A stretch of DNA of 64,000 nucleotides. It comes from an uncultured Ignavibacteria bacterium (GTDB lineage: Bacteria > Zixibacteria > MSB-5A5 > CAIYYT01). Below are positions 51,537-61,732 of this stretch, in pieces (positions within the stretch are counted from its first letter, which is position 1; every line of letters starts with the position of its first letter). Both the position numbers and the translations under genes were made by a program. The stretch covers positions 2,363-66,362 of the forward strand of contig CAZNWJ010000010.1 in NCBI GenBank assembly GCA_964576925.1, in the 5' to 3' direction. Below the pieces are notes generated by a model. That model was not told where the DNA came from, ran no database searches, and saw only the letters and a program-made list of their open reading frames with translations.

Positions 51537-54283
51537 CGCGACGCACCTCCAAACACCAGGCCATTGCGCATTTCCTCAAGACGGGAGAACCCGGATCGTA
51601 CTCCATCCCGGAAATCATCGCCCTTTGTGACAAGCATGTTCGCGCAACCACCCAGTCGTCGATCATTGAAGCTCTCCCCCTCGCTCAGAAGTTCGTTAGG
51701 CAGAGTCGGAAACTCGGTAGTGATGCGTATCTGGCAGCGCTCCGCGCTGCCGGCTGGACCTATCTCGTAGCGGGGAAGTACCATGATGCCCGCCGCTCGT
51801 ACCTTGCCGCTCGTGCCCTTGTCGTCAGACAACCGCTGCTGCGCGCTCGAATCGACCGCACGCTGATTGACGTCTACATGTACCTCGGCGATGCCGGGAG
51901 TGCTAGGCAATGTGCCCTGAAGGCAGCCACCACCTTTCGTCGGCTTCGTGCTGAAGATGATTTCGCGCGCGCGCAGGTGAACTACGCGAATCTCCTGCAT
52001 CGACAAGATCGCCACCGCCAGGCCTACAAGCTGTATCACGCGGCTGCAGAGCATTTTCGCAAGCGCGGCGACGCGCTGTCGACCGCTCTCTGCTGGTACA
52101 ACGAGGCTAATACGCTGGTCCAACTCTTCGACTTTGACGCGGCGCACAAGCTCTACTCTGAAGCTCGTGCGATATTCCAGGAGAAAGGCCACGAGCTGCA
52201 TGCCTATGGCTGCCTTTACGGCCTCGCCTGGCTGCACATGCTCAAGGGAGACTTTCATTTCGCGCTCCGCGATCTGGCCGCATGCGAAGCGTTTTATCGC
52301 CAGGGCGGTCAGCGGCGTGAATTGGTACTCTGTCTGCTCGATCGTTCCGAATCGTACCTCGGCTTGAATCTGCTCCCCGATGCTTCTCGCACCGCAAAAC
52401 AGGCGGCCGTCGGCGCCCGCAAGCTTGGGATCAGGTACGAAGAAGCCAAGGCTGCGTTCTTCGCTGCCCGTGCTGCCATCGGAATGAACCGTCAGCAGAC
52501 AGCGCGTGTCCAACTCCGCTTGGCGCGCGCTCTGATGAGCCGCGAACAGAATCAAGCCTTCCTGACCGCAATCGATGTGACGGCAGCCATGCTCAACAAG
52601 AACAACCAACAACGCCGCCGCGCCATCGACGTCGCGCGCTCACGCTCGCGCGCGCTCCAGCTTCCTCTTTGGGAGGCCATCTGTGATGTCGAAATCGCCG
52701 CTGCCCAGTCCGATAACTCCGCCGTCCTGAAACGGCTGGATCACAATCGTGCTGTGCAGACCGTCCCGCACCTTTCTGCGCAATATGGTGTATTGCGCGG
52801 AGATCAGGAGGCCGGTCGCGGTCGCCTCGCCGCCGCCACCCGCTGGTGGGGCCGTTCTGCGCAAATCCTCGATGCGGTCCGCTCCGTTTTGCCGCCGATC
52901 GAATTGCGTTCCTCGTTCCTGCAGGGTCGCCACGATCCCTTCCATCGCTTGATCGCGGCCGAATCTTCACGCGATCCGCGTCGCGCCGCGCTGTGGTTGG
53001 AACGCAGCAAGAATGTCGGTGTCTGGTCACCGCTCGACCGCCGACTGGCCGAAAATCCCGATCGCATGCGCGTTCAAGACAGCATGGGTGAATTGGCTCG
53101 GCAAGTATCTGCTGTTGCAGCCGTTACCGCTGCTGCCTCGGGTCGCAGGTCGGCACGGTTCGCCTTTCGTTTGCCCCAACTGGCTAAACTGCGCGAGCAG
53201 ATCCGCCAGCAGCTGTTTGAACTTTACGCCGGTTTGGACGGCGGTCAGCCTGCGCAAGCGTTTACGCTGGACATGCTCCTGGCCGCTGCGCATGAACTGC
53301 CGATTATCCAGTTTCACTGCAATGAGTACGACATCCAGGCTATTATCACACATCGCGGCGACTGTCGAGTACACACATATCCAGACGGTGTCCGCGTCCT
53401 CGACAATTTCGTGGCCCGCTGGCGCTTTTTCATCGAATGTGCCCCCAGCAATACTGCCGAACATCGCGCTGTCGACTTGTCAGATGAAGCAAATCTAATC
53501 AGTCGGATCAGTGCCTGGCTCCTCGAACCGCTGGAGCTCTCCGCAGAATTCGAAAGGGTCCTGATAGTCCCCGAAGGGAAGTTGTTCTGCTTGCCCTGGA
53601 CAGCACTCGTCTGGCGCGGCGAGCCGATTTATCGCAATCTCGGACTCCTGCAAGCGCCGAGTGTGCGCCACTTTCTTCATAGTCGGCGCGCTGTCACTCG
53701 CTCGAATCGCGCCCACATTTTTGTCGGAGAGACCGCGGGACTGCCATGGATCAAGGAAGAACTGGAAATGATCCGACGGCGCTTTTCCGGTTTGTCGCTC
53801 GAACTGCATCAGCCTTGCCGCCGAGCCGACTTTCCGGATCATTCTACCGCGAGGTTCTGGCACTATGCCGGCCACGCGATCCTGCGCTCCGACAATCCTT
53901 TCTACTCAGCGCTGCTTCTCGATCAGGATCAGCTGTTCGCCGCCGACCTCCGCCTGTTACAGAACGACGTCGAGGTCGCTTCACTCGCTGCTTGCCGCAC
54001 TGGCCAACAGACTGGTTTGCCGGGAGAGGAAACCAGCGGCCTGGTACGAGCGCTGCTGGAAATGGGTGCGCGCTCGGTTGTCGCCGGCGGCTGGGCAGTC
54101 GCCGATCGATCGGCCGCGCTCTGGATGGACGCTTTCTATACCGCTCTGATGCGCGATCAGACACCGCTTGCAGCGATGAACCATGCCATCGATACCGTTC
54201 GTGACGAATTCCCTTCCGCCTTTCATTGGGCCGCTTTTGCGGTCCATGGAGCCGGATCATCAATAGTCGTAAAATGTGATTAG
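51530..54283 (+). CDS. TPR-CHAT (caspase/separase-like) protease
   Basis: N-terminal TPR helices; CHAT motifs IVPEGKLFCLPW, HYAGHA (His) and SLAACRTG (Cys); C-terminal HWAAF. Confidence 0.9.
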   Translation: MVARRTSKHQAIAHFLKTGEPGSYSIPEIIALCDKHVRATTQSSIIEALPLAQKFVRQSRKLGSDAYLAALRAAGWTYLVAGKYHDARRSYLAARALVVRQPLLRARIDRTLIDVYMYLGDAGSARQCALKAATTFRRLRAEDDFARAQVNYANLLHRQDRHRQAYKLYHAAAEHFRKRGDALSTALCWYNEANTLVQLFDFDAAHKLYSEARAIFQEKGHELHAYGCLYGLAWLHMLKGDFHFALRDLAACEAFYRQGGQRRELVLCLLDRSESYLGLNLLPDASRTAKQAAVGARKLGIRYEEAKAAFFAARAAIGMNRQQTARVQLRLARALMSREQNQAFLTAIDVTAAMLNKNNQQRRRAIDVARSRSRALQLPLWEAICDVEIAAAQSDNSAVLKRLDHNRAVQTVPHLSAQYGVLRGDQEAGRGRLAAATRWWGRSAQILDAVRSVLPPIELRSSFLQGRHDPFHRLIAAESSRDPRRAALWLERSKNVGVWSPLDRRLAENPDRMRVQDSMGELARQVSAVAAVTAAASGRRSARFAFRLPQLAKLREQIRQQLFELYAGLDGGQPAQAFTLDMLLAAAHELPIIQFHCNEYDIQAIITHRGDCRVHTYPDGVRVLDNFVARWRFFIECAPSNTAEHRAVDLSDEANLISRISAWLLEPLELSAEFERVLIVPEGKLFCLPWTALVWRGEPIYRNLGLLQAPSVRHFLHSRRAVTRSNRAHIFVGETAGLPWIKEELEMIRRRFSGLSLELHQPCRRADFPDHSTARFWHYAGHAILRSDNPFYSALLLDQDQLFAADLRLLQNDVEVASLAACRTGQQTGLPGEETSGLVRALLEMGARSVVAGGWAVADRSAALWMDAFYTALMRDQTPLAAMNHAIDTVRDEFPSAFHWAAFAVHGAGSSIVVKCD

Positions 54284-54292
54284 TCAAATACT

Positions 54293-57200
54293 GTGAGGTG
54301 CTCCATGTGTAACGCTCCGACGCGAGAATGCCGGCTACGCCGGCTGGTAATGCTCTTCTTGGCGATCGCATTCGTCTTCGACGCCGGTGTCGCGCTGGCC
54401 CGTCGCGATCGGCCCAATGAGCAAAGAATCCCGAATCCTCCAGCGGACATCGCTGAAACGGCAGGCTACATGCCGCACCAGCTTGTCGTGCGCCTGACCT
54501 CGACTGCGGCAGCGGGCTCGTTGGCGCTGAACGGAGAGGTTTTGTCAGTCCAGGCGACGCTCTCTCATGCGCCCGTCTATCTTCTCACACTTGATCCGGA
54601 AGTCAGCGAAACGGCGCTTGCTGATAATCTGAGTCTTTGGGGCTCGGTCGTCTGGGCGCACCCGAACTACATGATGAGCAACCTGCACCCTATTCAGGGA
54701 AGCTATCCGTTCCCGGATCAGAATCTAGTCGGCAATTTTGAAGACCAGTATTCCTCTTCACTACTGAATCTGCCGGGCGCCCACGCCTCCGCCGACGGCG
54801 GCGGAGTTTCTGTCGCCATCATCGACGGCGGCATCAATTTCACCCACCCCGGCCTCGATGGCAAAGCGACCTCTGGCTATGATTTTGTTGGCGGCGACAC
54901 CGACGCCTCTGATGTCGCCGGCGGTATCGCCAGCGGCCACGGAACATTCGTTGCCGGCGTTGCGCACCTAACAGCTCCGGCGGCGCAATTGCGCGCTTAT
55001 CGCGTTATTAATCAGGATGGCCACGGCGACGGCTTCACGCTTGCGCGCGCGATCGAAGCCGCCGTCGACGAGGGTTGTCGCATCATCAATCTCAGCCTGG
55101 CTCTGAGCGCCCGGCATCTCGCCGTGCGCGACGCTATTGACTACGCCGTCTCCCAGGGTGCCACAGTCGTCGCCGGCGCCGGAAATGGTGCGATCGGGAC
55201 ACCAGTCTATCCGGCTGCTGAAGACAACGTTCTTTCCGTGGCGGCGGTTGACTCCTCCATGCGCGCCGCCAGCTTCACGAATTTCGGTGACCATGTCGAC
55301 GTCTGCGCCCCCGGCACACAAATCTACTCGACTTATCTCGATCCGGCTTTCGCCTGGTGGAGCGGCACGAGCTTCAGTTGTGCTTTCACGTCCGGTCTCG
55401 CCGCGCTGCTCCAGCAAGAGCATCCGACTGCCCTCGGGCTTCAGATTCGAAGTCTGATTGAAGCGACGGCCACCAACCTCGATTCGATCAATACATCGAA
55501 AGCGGGGGCGCTCGGCGCCGGCCTGATTAATCCTGTCGCCTCGCTCGCCTCCGGGCTGGGAAACGATACGGCGTTGTTCTTCCCCGGCACGATGCAATTC
55601 AGCTACTTCATCTGTTCGCAGAATCCCGCCGGCCTGGAGCAAACAGGTGTGTTGGTCTCAACCAACTCGCCGGCAGCCTATTCCGCGACAATTGTTCCCA
55701 GCGGCGGCGTCACTTTCGCTTCAGTCGACCCCATGACCGGATCTACTGGAGATTCGATTCGCATCACAGCCAACCCTGCCGGACTTGCTCCCGGCGTCTA
55801 TCGCAACGGTGTGATGTTCGAGATTGCGGGTGTCGAAGGTCATGTCTGGCTTCCGGTCCAGCTAAACGTGCTCGATTGTAGCGACACCACCGGCGGGGCC
55901 CAGATTGCCCCAACCGAGCTCTGGTTCACTGCAACCACCGGGAGTGAAATCGTTTTTCAGGGAAGCGCCATGCTGACTTCGTCCAATGCACCGGCGCCAT
56001 TCACCGCGCAAATCGAATCCAACCCCGCGGTCTTTGTGAGCCTGATCGATTCTGCGGGCGTCACTAACGACAGCGTGCGCTTCACCGTAAATCCAAGCTG
56101 GCTCTTCAGCGGCGGGGAGTACACCAATGTGATCAACTACTACATCGATGGCATCGCCGCACCGGCAGCTCTGACAATCCATCTTACCGTTGGCGATTCG
56201 ATCGATCCGGGCGACGACGCCTGGATCATGCCTGCGGAACAAAGTTACCACGTGTCGGCTGATACTGCCCTCAGCCTCTGGGGTTCAATCACCGTTGGCG
56301 CCGCCGGGGAACCCAAGCCGTTCGAGGTGCACCTTAAAGACATGCCCGACTTCCTCGAACTCGTCGACTCGACAGGTATGACCAACGACTCGGCGATCTT
56401 CTGGGTGCACGTCACGCCGGCTCTCGCTCCCGGCGTCTACCGGGACACCTTGATTGCCTACATCACCGGCGCGCCCAACAGCCCGCTCGTTTCCGTGGTC
56501 TCGTTGTGGGTTGATACCACAATCACCAGTGGTGGTGATACCGCAGCAGTCTATCCTGCCTGGCAGGAATTCGAGGCGCCCAATGGTATTCCGACGCAGG
56601 GAAGTGGCGCCTTTATTGTCTATGCCACCGGCGCTCCCAAAGCCTTCTCTGTTGATTACCTCGACACTCCCGACTTCACCGAACTCCAGGACTTCAGCGG
56701 TTTCACAACCGGTGCTGTCGATTTCGACATCGTGCCGACCACAACTTTGCCCGGAGTCTATTTCGATACTCTGATTGTAACTGTCGCCGGCGTCGCCAAT
56801 AGTCCGCTGCTCGTTGTGAACAAATTGACGATCGACACCACCGGCAGCGATACTTCGACTGCCACCGCGGCCGTCTATCCGGATCTGATCGTCATCGATG
56901 CCTTCGTCGGCGGGTCGACGGAACTGCGCCAGGCACTCGTAACTTCATCCAATGCGCCCGCTTGGTACTCGGCGTTCGTCATGCCCGAGCAGCACACTTT
57001 CGTCAGCCTTCCAGATACGCTCGGTCAGACCAATGACTCCTTGACACTGCTCGTCCCCTTGTCCAATTTGACGGCAGGGGTCTACGTCGACACCGTCCTC
57101 ATCTACGTCAATGGTGTCGCGTCACCGTCTAAACTCGCTGTCGAACTGCGGCTGGCTGCCGCCGCAGGGAGTCTCCGGCTCTGGAACCACCCGAATCCGT

Positions 57201-57427
57201 TCAATCCTAGTACGACAATTGGTTTCGTCGTCCCGACGGCAGCCCACGTGCGGTTGGAACTCTTCAATGTTCTCGGACAGCGTGTCGTCACGCTCGTAGA
57301 TGAACCGCTCACTGCCGGCGAACACTCGGTCAGCTGGGATGGCCACGGCGCTCCGAGTGGTGTTTACTACTATCGCTTGACGGCAGGTGCCCTCACCGAA
57401 ACACGCAAAATGCTGTTGGTAAAATAG
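54293..57427 (+). CDS. Secreted S8 subtilase with five ~100-aa BACON/Ig-like repeats and a C-terminal FlgD/T9SS-type sorting domain
   Basis: Catalytic VAIIDGG (D), GHGTFVAG (H) and SGTSFS (S); five repeats ending in GVY.DT-like strands; NHPNPFNPSTTI...GVYYYRL...KMLLVK. Confidence 0.9.
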   Translation: MRCSMCNAPTRECRLRRLVMLFLAIAFVFDAGVALARRDRPNEQRIPNPPADIAETAGYMPHQLVVRLTSTAAAGSLALNGEVLSVQATLSHAPVYLLTLDPEVSETALADNLSLWGSVVWAHPNYMMSNLHPIQGSYPFPDQNLVGNFEDQYSSSLLNLPGAHASADGGGVSVAIIDGGINFTHPGLDGKATSGYDFVGGDTDASDVAGGIASGHGTFVAGVAHLTAPAAQLRAYRVINQDGHGDGFTLARAIEAAVDEGCRIINLSLALSARHLAVRDAIDYAVSQGATVVAGAGNGAIGTPVYPAAEDNVLSVAAVDSSMRAASFTNFGDHVDVCAPGTQIYSTYLDPAFAWWSGTSFSCAFTSGLAALLQQEHPTALGLQIRSLIEATATNLDSINTSKAGALGAGLINPVASLASGLGNDTALFFPGTMQFSYFICSQNPAGLEQTGVLVSTNSPAAYSATIVPSGGVTFASVDPMTGSTGDSIRITANPAGLAPGVYRNGVMFEIAGVEGHVWLPVQLNVLDCSDTTGGAQIAPTELWFTATTGSEIVFQGSAMLTSSNAPAPFTAQIESNPAVFVSLIDSAGVTNDSVRFTVNPSWLFSGGEYTNVINYYIDGIAAPAALTIHLTVGDSIDPGDDAWIMPAEQSYHVSADTALSLWGSITVGAAGEPKPFEVHLKDMPDFLELVDSTGMTNDSAIFWVHVTPALAPGVYRDTLIAYITGAPNSPLVSVVSLWVDTTITSGGDTAAVYPAWQEFEAPNGIPTQGSGAFIVYATGAPKAFSVDYLDTPDFTELQDFSGFTTGAVDFDIVPTTTLPGVYFDTLIVTVAGVANSPLLVVNKLTIDTTGSDTSTATAAVYPDLIVIDAFVGGSTELRQALVTSSNAPAWYSAFVMPEQHTFVSLPDTLGQTNDSLTLLVPLSNLTAGVYVDTVLIYVNGVASPSKLAVELRLAAAAGSLRLWNHPNPFNPSTTIGFVVPTAAHVRLELFNVLGQRVVTLVDEPLTAGEHSVSWDGHGAPSGVYYYRLTAGALTETRKMLLVK

Positions 57428-57445
57428 CCCGTCAGGTCACACAAT

Positions 57446-57475
57446 CACGGCCGGTGCTTTACGTCACCGGCCGTG
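57446..57475. terminator. Bidirectional hairpin terminator between convergent genes
   Basis: Perfect 11-bp inverted repeat CACGGCCGGTG / CACCGGCCGTG with an 8-nt loop. Confidence 0.7.
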
Positions 57476-57502
57476 CTGTTTCTCGTGCTGTCTTGGGATG
57501 AT

Positions 57503-58849
57503 TCAAAAAGTCAGAGTAAACGTGGTCTCTTGATTGGGAACTGATCGTACGGTGATATGACCCTCGTGCAGCCTCATGATCTGGCGCGACAGCGCCAATC
57601 CGATTCCGGTACCGCCCTTCTTCGTCGTAAAGAATGGCACGAAGATCATATCGATCACCTCCGGCAAGATCCCCGGACCGTTGTCGGAAACTTCGATTGC
57701 CACTCGTCCCTCGCGATTGATCCCGGCGCGAATCTCCACGCACGGCTCGGGGACTTCTCGCAGAGCGTGAACCGCATTGCCGTAGAGATTGATTAGAACT
57801 TGTTCGATCAGGTCAGGATCACACGCCGCTTCGAGATTCTCCGGGGTTATTAGGATTGTCCTAGTTAAATCCGGTCTTGCCTCAGAGGAAGCCTCCATCA
57901 GTTGCTCGACGCGCGATACCATATCAGCAACTTTGACGACTCTGATCTCGGGACGCGGGATGCGGGTCAAGTCGCGGTACGATTCGACAAAGCGCAACAG
58001 CCCCTGGCTCCGGCGCTCGATCGTCGCCAGCGCATCGCAGATCTCATCCGTTGAATTCGTGGCTGCGTTGTCTTCGCGCGAGCGCCTGCGCACAGCCGTG
58101 CCCACCGAACCCGCCAGCGAGGCAATCGGCGTCATTGAATTCATGATCTCGTGTGTCAAGACTCGAATCAGGTTCTGCCATGCCGCCATCTCCTGTTCAG
58201 CTAATTCGCTGCCGATGTTCTGGAGTGACACCAGCGTCAACGCTCGCCCCCCTAATCGTATCTTGGTGGCATGTACCGTGAGTTGCTGGGGCTCGTATGC
58301 GGTCGTCAGTTTTACGAGCGCCTTTTGCCCGGGCTGAATCTGTGCCAAGGTATCAGCCAACTGGGGGGACGAGTCCCGCAGTGCCGTCAGACTGCACAGG
58401 TGCGGCAGCTGCAGCAGCCTCTTCGCTGCAGGATTGATCAGCTCAATGCTTCCTGCCTCGTCGAACGCCAGGAGCCCAACTCCGACGTGGTCGACAACCG
58501 TTTGCAGATAGCGGGAATGCTCTTCCTTGCCGGCGCGGGCTGTGTGGAACGCGGAAGATACCTGGTCCATCGCACGCGAGAGGTCGGCAAAGCTGCCGCC
58601 ATACTGGCCGGCGCTGTGCGTCTGAAGGAAATCGCCGTAGCGAATCGAGTCAAAAAAGCGCGACAGGCTCAAATTCGTGCGATCCACAAACGATAACAAC
58701 GACCACACTTGGTACGCGGTGAGAGCGACCAGTAACAGGCTGGTCGCATAGAGTTTCGTTTCGAGCGCCAGATAGAGCAGCACCGCCAATGACATCACGA
58801 GCAGCAATACCCGCACGACGACCCGAAAGTGAAAGCTCCTAAAGACCAT
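57503..58849 (-). CDS. Sensor histidine kinase (2 TM, PAS-like, HisKA-HATPase)
   Basis: LTHEIMNS (H box), EQVLINLYGNA (N box), DNGPGI, FFTTK and GTGIGL. Confidence 0.92.
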   Translation of the reverse strand: MVFRSFHFRVVVRVLLLVMSLAVLLYLALETKLYATSLLLVALTAYQVWSLLSFVDRTNLSLSRFFDSIRYGDFLQTHSAGQYGGSFADLSRAMDQVSSAFHTARAGKEEHSRYLQTVVDHVGVGLLAFDEAGSIELINPAAKRLLQLPHLCSLTALRDSSPQLADTLAQIQPGQKALVKLTTAYEPQQLTVHATKIRLGGRALTLVSLQNIGSELAEQEMAAWQNLIRVLTHEIMNSMTPIASLAGSVGTAVRRRSREDNAATNSTDEICDALATIERRSQGLLRFVESYRDLTRIPRPEIRVVKVADMVSRVEQLMEASSEARPDLTRTILITPENLEAACDPDLIEQVLINLYGNAVHALREVPEPCVEIRAGINREGRVAIEVSDNGPGILPEVIDMIFVPFFTTKKGGTGIGLALSRQIMRLHEGHITVRSVPNQETTFTLTF

Positions 58850-60242
58850 ATTTCTGCAACCGGCGATACAGTGCCGCCCGCGTCAATCCCAGTTCGCGCG
58901 CGGCGTGGCTGATGTTTCCCTCGTGCTTCGTGAGTACGCGCTGGATCACAGTCCGCTCCACCTCTTCCAGATCGCAGTCATCGACAACTATCGCGTTGGA
59001 GCTTATACGCGACTCGCGCGCCAGCGGAAAGTCCGCCGGATGAAGCATCTTTCCCTCAGCAAGTATGACCGCCCGCTCCAAAGCATGTCGCAGCTCGCGA
59101 ACATTTCCCGGCCAGGAGTACTCCGTCAGTCGCCGCAATGCCCCGCCCGACAACTGCAATCGCGGTTTCTGGTACTTGTTGCTGTAGACCCCGAGATAAT
59201 GCTCAGCCAGCGGCACAATGTCTTCGCTTCGCTGGCGCAGTGGCGGCAGGGAAATCTGCACGGTGTTGATCCGATAGAGCAAATCCTGCCGAAAACGCTG
59301 CTCCGACAGCAATTGCTCCGCCGGTAGGTTGGTGGCGCAAATCAGGCGAATGTCAATCGGAATCGGACGGTTTGTCCCCAGGCGCACCACCTGGCGTTGC
59401 TCGATCACGGTGAGAATCCGCGCCTGCAGGCGCGGCGGGAGATTGCCGATTTCGTCCAGAAACAGCGTCCCGCCCGAAGCCGTCTCGAATCTTCCCGCGC
59501 GATCCGCGCGCGCATCCGTAAATGCGCCTTTGACGTGGCCAAATAACTCGCTTTCGAACAACGTGTCGCTCACGGCGCCCATGTCAACTGTCACAAAGGG
59601 CTGCGCAGCCCGGTTCGATAGCCGGTGTACCGCCCGCGCAATGACCTCTTTGCCGGTACCGTTCTCTCCGAGAATTAGCACATTGGCCTCGGTCGGTGCC
59701 ACCCGGCGAACCGTAGTCAGAATTTCCTGCATGGCGGGACTGACGGCAATCAAGTCCTGAAAATTCTGGTCGATGTCGCTTGCCAGTTGCCGTTGGCGGT
59801 CGAGAAGCGTGGCGGTCTTGAGGCGCGATTGTCGCAGCCGCAGGGCCGCCAGAATCGTCGCGAGGAATTTCTCGTTCTGCCACGGCTTGACAACAAAATC
59901 AGTCGCGCCCGCCTTGATCGCCTTTACGGCCAGATCGACATCCGCAAACGCCGTGATCGTGATAACTACCGCGTCTCCATCGATCTCCAGGATCCGTTGC
60001 AGCCATTGCAATCCTTCCTGGCCGCTGGAGACGTCCCGCGAGAAGTTCATGTCGAGCAGGATGACATCATAGTTCTCGCGTCCAAGTTGAGTGGGGATCT
60101 CGTCGGGCCGCGCCAGCCCCTCCATGTTGATCCCGTTCTCCTTGAGAAGGAACCGCGCCGCCGCCAGCACATCCTCGTCGTCATCGACGATCAGCACACG
60201 CCCCAATGCTTGCGTTACTCCGATTCCTGAGTCATCGCTCAT
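58839..60242 (-). CDS. Sigma54-dependent response regulator (NtrC family: REC-AAA-Fis HTH)
   Basis: LIVDDD, ILLDM, GENGTGKE, GAFTDA, LFLDEI, WPGNVREL and a C-terminal HTH. Confidence 0.93.
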   Translation of the reverse strand: MSDDSGIGVTQALGRVLIVDDDEDVLAAARFLLKENGINMEGLARPDEIPTQLGRENYDVILLDMNFSRDVSSGQEGLQWLQRILEIDGDAVVITITAFADVDLAVKAIKAGATDFVVKPWQNEKFLATILAALRLRQSRLKTATLLDRQRQLASDIDQNFQDLIAVSPAMQEILTTVRRVAPTEANVLILGENGTGKEVIARAVHRLSNRAAQPFVTVDMGAVSDTLFESELFGHVKGAFTDARADRAGRFETASGGTLFLDEIGNLPPRLQARILTVIEQRQVVRLGTNRPIPIDIRLICATNLPAEQLLSEQRFRQDLLYRINTVQISLPPLRQRSEDIVPLAEHYLGVYSNKYQKPRLQLSGGALRRLTEYSWPGNVRELRHALERAVILAEGKMLHPADFPLARESRISSNAIVVDDCDLEEVERTVIQRVLTKHEGNISHAARELGLTRAALYRRLQKYGL

Positions 60243-60301
60243 GGAAGTTGAATCTCCACGCCCATCGTTTCGTAGTCAAAGTTAGATCTCATTGTTTACA
60301 C

Positions 60302-60338
60302 TGTCCAAGTGCGGACAATAAGTGTACGTTTTCGAACA
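60302..60338. promoter_or_regulatory. Tandem enhancer-binding sites TGT-N10-ACA x2, 21 bp apart
   Basis: TGTCCAAGTGCGGACA (60302-60317) and TGTACGTTTTCGAACA (60323-60338), upstream of a sigma54-like promoter and next to the bEBP gene. Confidence 0.6.
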
Positions 60339-60371
60339 CTTAAAGTTACGATTTTTCTCAAATTGTCGCTC

Positions 60372-60381
60372 TAAGTCGTTG
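60372..60381 (-). promoter_or_regulatory. IHF-like site between the enhancer sites and the sigma54 promoter
   Basis: TAAGTCGTTG, reverse complement CAACGACTTA, fits the CAA-N4-TTR core of the IHF consensus. Confidence 0.35.
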
Positions 60382-60392
60382 TGGCCCAATAT

Positions 60393-60407
60393 TGGCATGA
60401 GATTTGA
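60393..60407 (+). promoter_or_regulatory. Sigma54 (-24/-12) promoter of the exporter operon
   Basis: TGGCATG-AGAT-TTGA compared with consensus TGGCACG-N4-TTGC; spacing is correct, -12 element is GA rather than GC. Confidence 0.6.
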
Positions 60408-60452
60408 CACTGTTGGGTTGGGCAGATTGCATTCTTTGTCAAAGTTAGCTTT

Positions 60453-61709
60453 ATGGGAATGGATCGCAAAATAGAGAAGAAGACTTGGCCGCGAAGGCGC
60501 ATCATCATTTATGGTGCCGGCGGGCTCATCATGGTCTTCCTTGTCGCACTCCTCGTCTTCGGTGACACCAGTTCCGCGCTCAATGTCGAATCGCAGAAAA
60601 TCAGCATCTCTACCGTCGAGCGTGGGCCGTTCCAGGAGCTGATCCCGGTTACCGGCACAGTCCTCCCGCTCAAGTCAGTATATATGGACGCCATGGACGG
60701 CGGGCGCGTCGATCAAATCTTCGTCGAAGAAGGCGCGATGGTGAAGGAGGGTGACCCGATTTTGCGCATGACGAACACCAATCTCCAGATGGAGATGATG
60801 TTCCGTGAAGCTGATTTATTTGAACAGATGAACAACCTGCGCGCCGTCAGGCTGGCGATGGAACAGAATCGCCTGAGTCTGCGCGAACAGATGGCTGAAA
60901 TCGACTACCAGAACGCCGTCCAGTCGCGCAACTACGAGCGCGCTCGCGCCCTGCACAGCAAGGACGTGATTTCGAAAGAAGAGTTCGAGCGCACCCGCGA
61001 TGACTACGAATACTGGCGCACGCGCAAGGAGCTTGTGACCGAAAGCCAGCGCCAGGATTCGATTATGCGCGACCTGCAGGTGCAACAGCTCGAGCAGTCG
61101 ATTCAGCGCATGCAACAGAATTTCAAGATCGTCAAGGAAAACTACGAAAATCTCGTCCAGCGCGCTCCGATCAGCGGGCAGCTCTCCCAACTCAACGCCG
61201 AGATCGGCGAACTCAAATCTCCCGGCGAACGGCTGGGACAGGTCGACGTCCTCGACGGATACAAGGTCCGCGCTGCCATCGACGAGTACTATATCAGCCG
61301 CATCGCGCAGGGACAGACCGCCGAAGCGGAACTCGCCGGAGAGAAAGTCTCTCTGCTCGTTCGCCGCGTCTACCCCGAAGTCCGCGATGGGCGTTTCGAG
61401 ATCGACCTCGAATTCACGGCGACAGCCCCGCGCGGTATCCGTCGCGGCCAGTCGATTCAGTTGCGGCTCGCCTTGGGGGAACTGTCCGAAGCCCTCATGA
61501 TCGCGCGCGGCGGCTTCTATCAAACGACCGGCGGCAATTGGATCTACGTGCTGGATGAATCCGGCGACTTCGCCCGCAAACGCCGTATCCGTCTCGGTCG
61601 CCAGAATCCGCGCATGTACGAGGTTCTGGAAGGCCTCGAAGTCGGCGAAAAAGTGATCACCTCCAGCTACGATAACTACGGCGACTTTGAAAAACTCAAT
61701 CTGAACTAA
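60453..61709 (+). CDS. Periplasmic adaptor (MacA/HlyD-like) of an ABC exporter
   Basis: N-terminal TM anchor, long coiled coil, RAPISGQL and VLEGLEVGEKVITS motifs. Confidence 0.88.
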   Translation: MGMDRKIEKKTWPRRRIIIYGAGGLIMVFLVALLVFGDTSSALNVESQKISISTVERGPFQELIPVTGTVLPLKSVYMDAMDGGRVDQIFVEEGAMVKEGDPILRMTNTNLQMEMMFREADLFEQMNNLRAVRLAMEQNRLSLREQMAEIDYQNAVQSRNYERARALHSKDVISKEEFERTRDDYEYWRTRKELVTESQRQDSIMRDLQVQQLEQSIQRMQQNFKIVKENYENLVQRAPISGQLSQLNAEIGELKSPGERLGQVDVLDGYKVRAAIDEYYISRIAQGQTAEAELAGEKVSLLVRRVYPEVRDGRFEIDLEFTATAPRGIRRGQSIQLRLALGELSEALMIARGGFYQTTGGNWIYVLDESGDFARKRRIRLGRQNPRMYEVLEGLEVGEKVITSSYDNYGDFEKLNLN

Positions 61710-61732
61710 TCACCTGGAATAGAGGAAACCCG

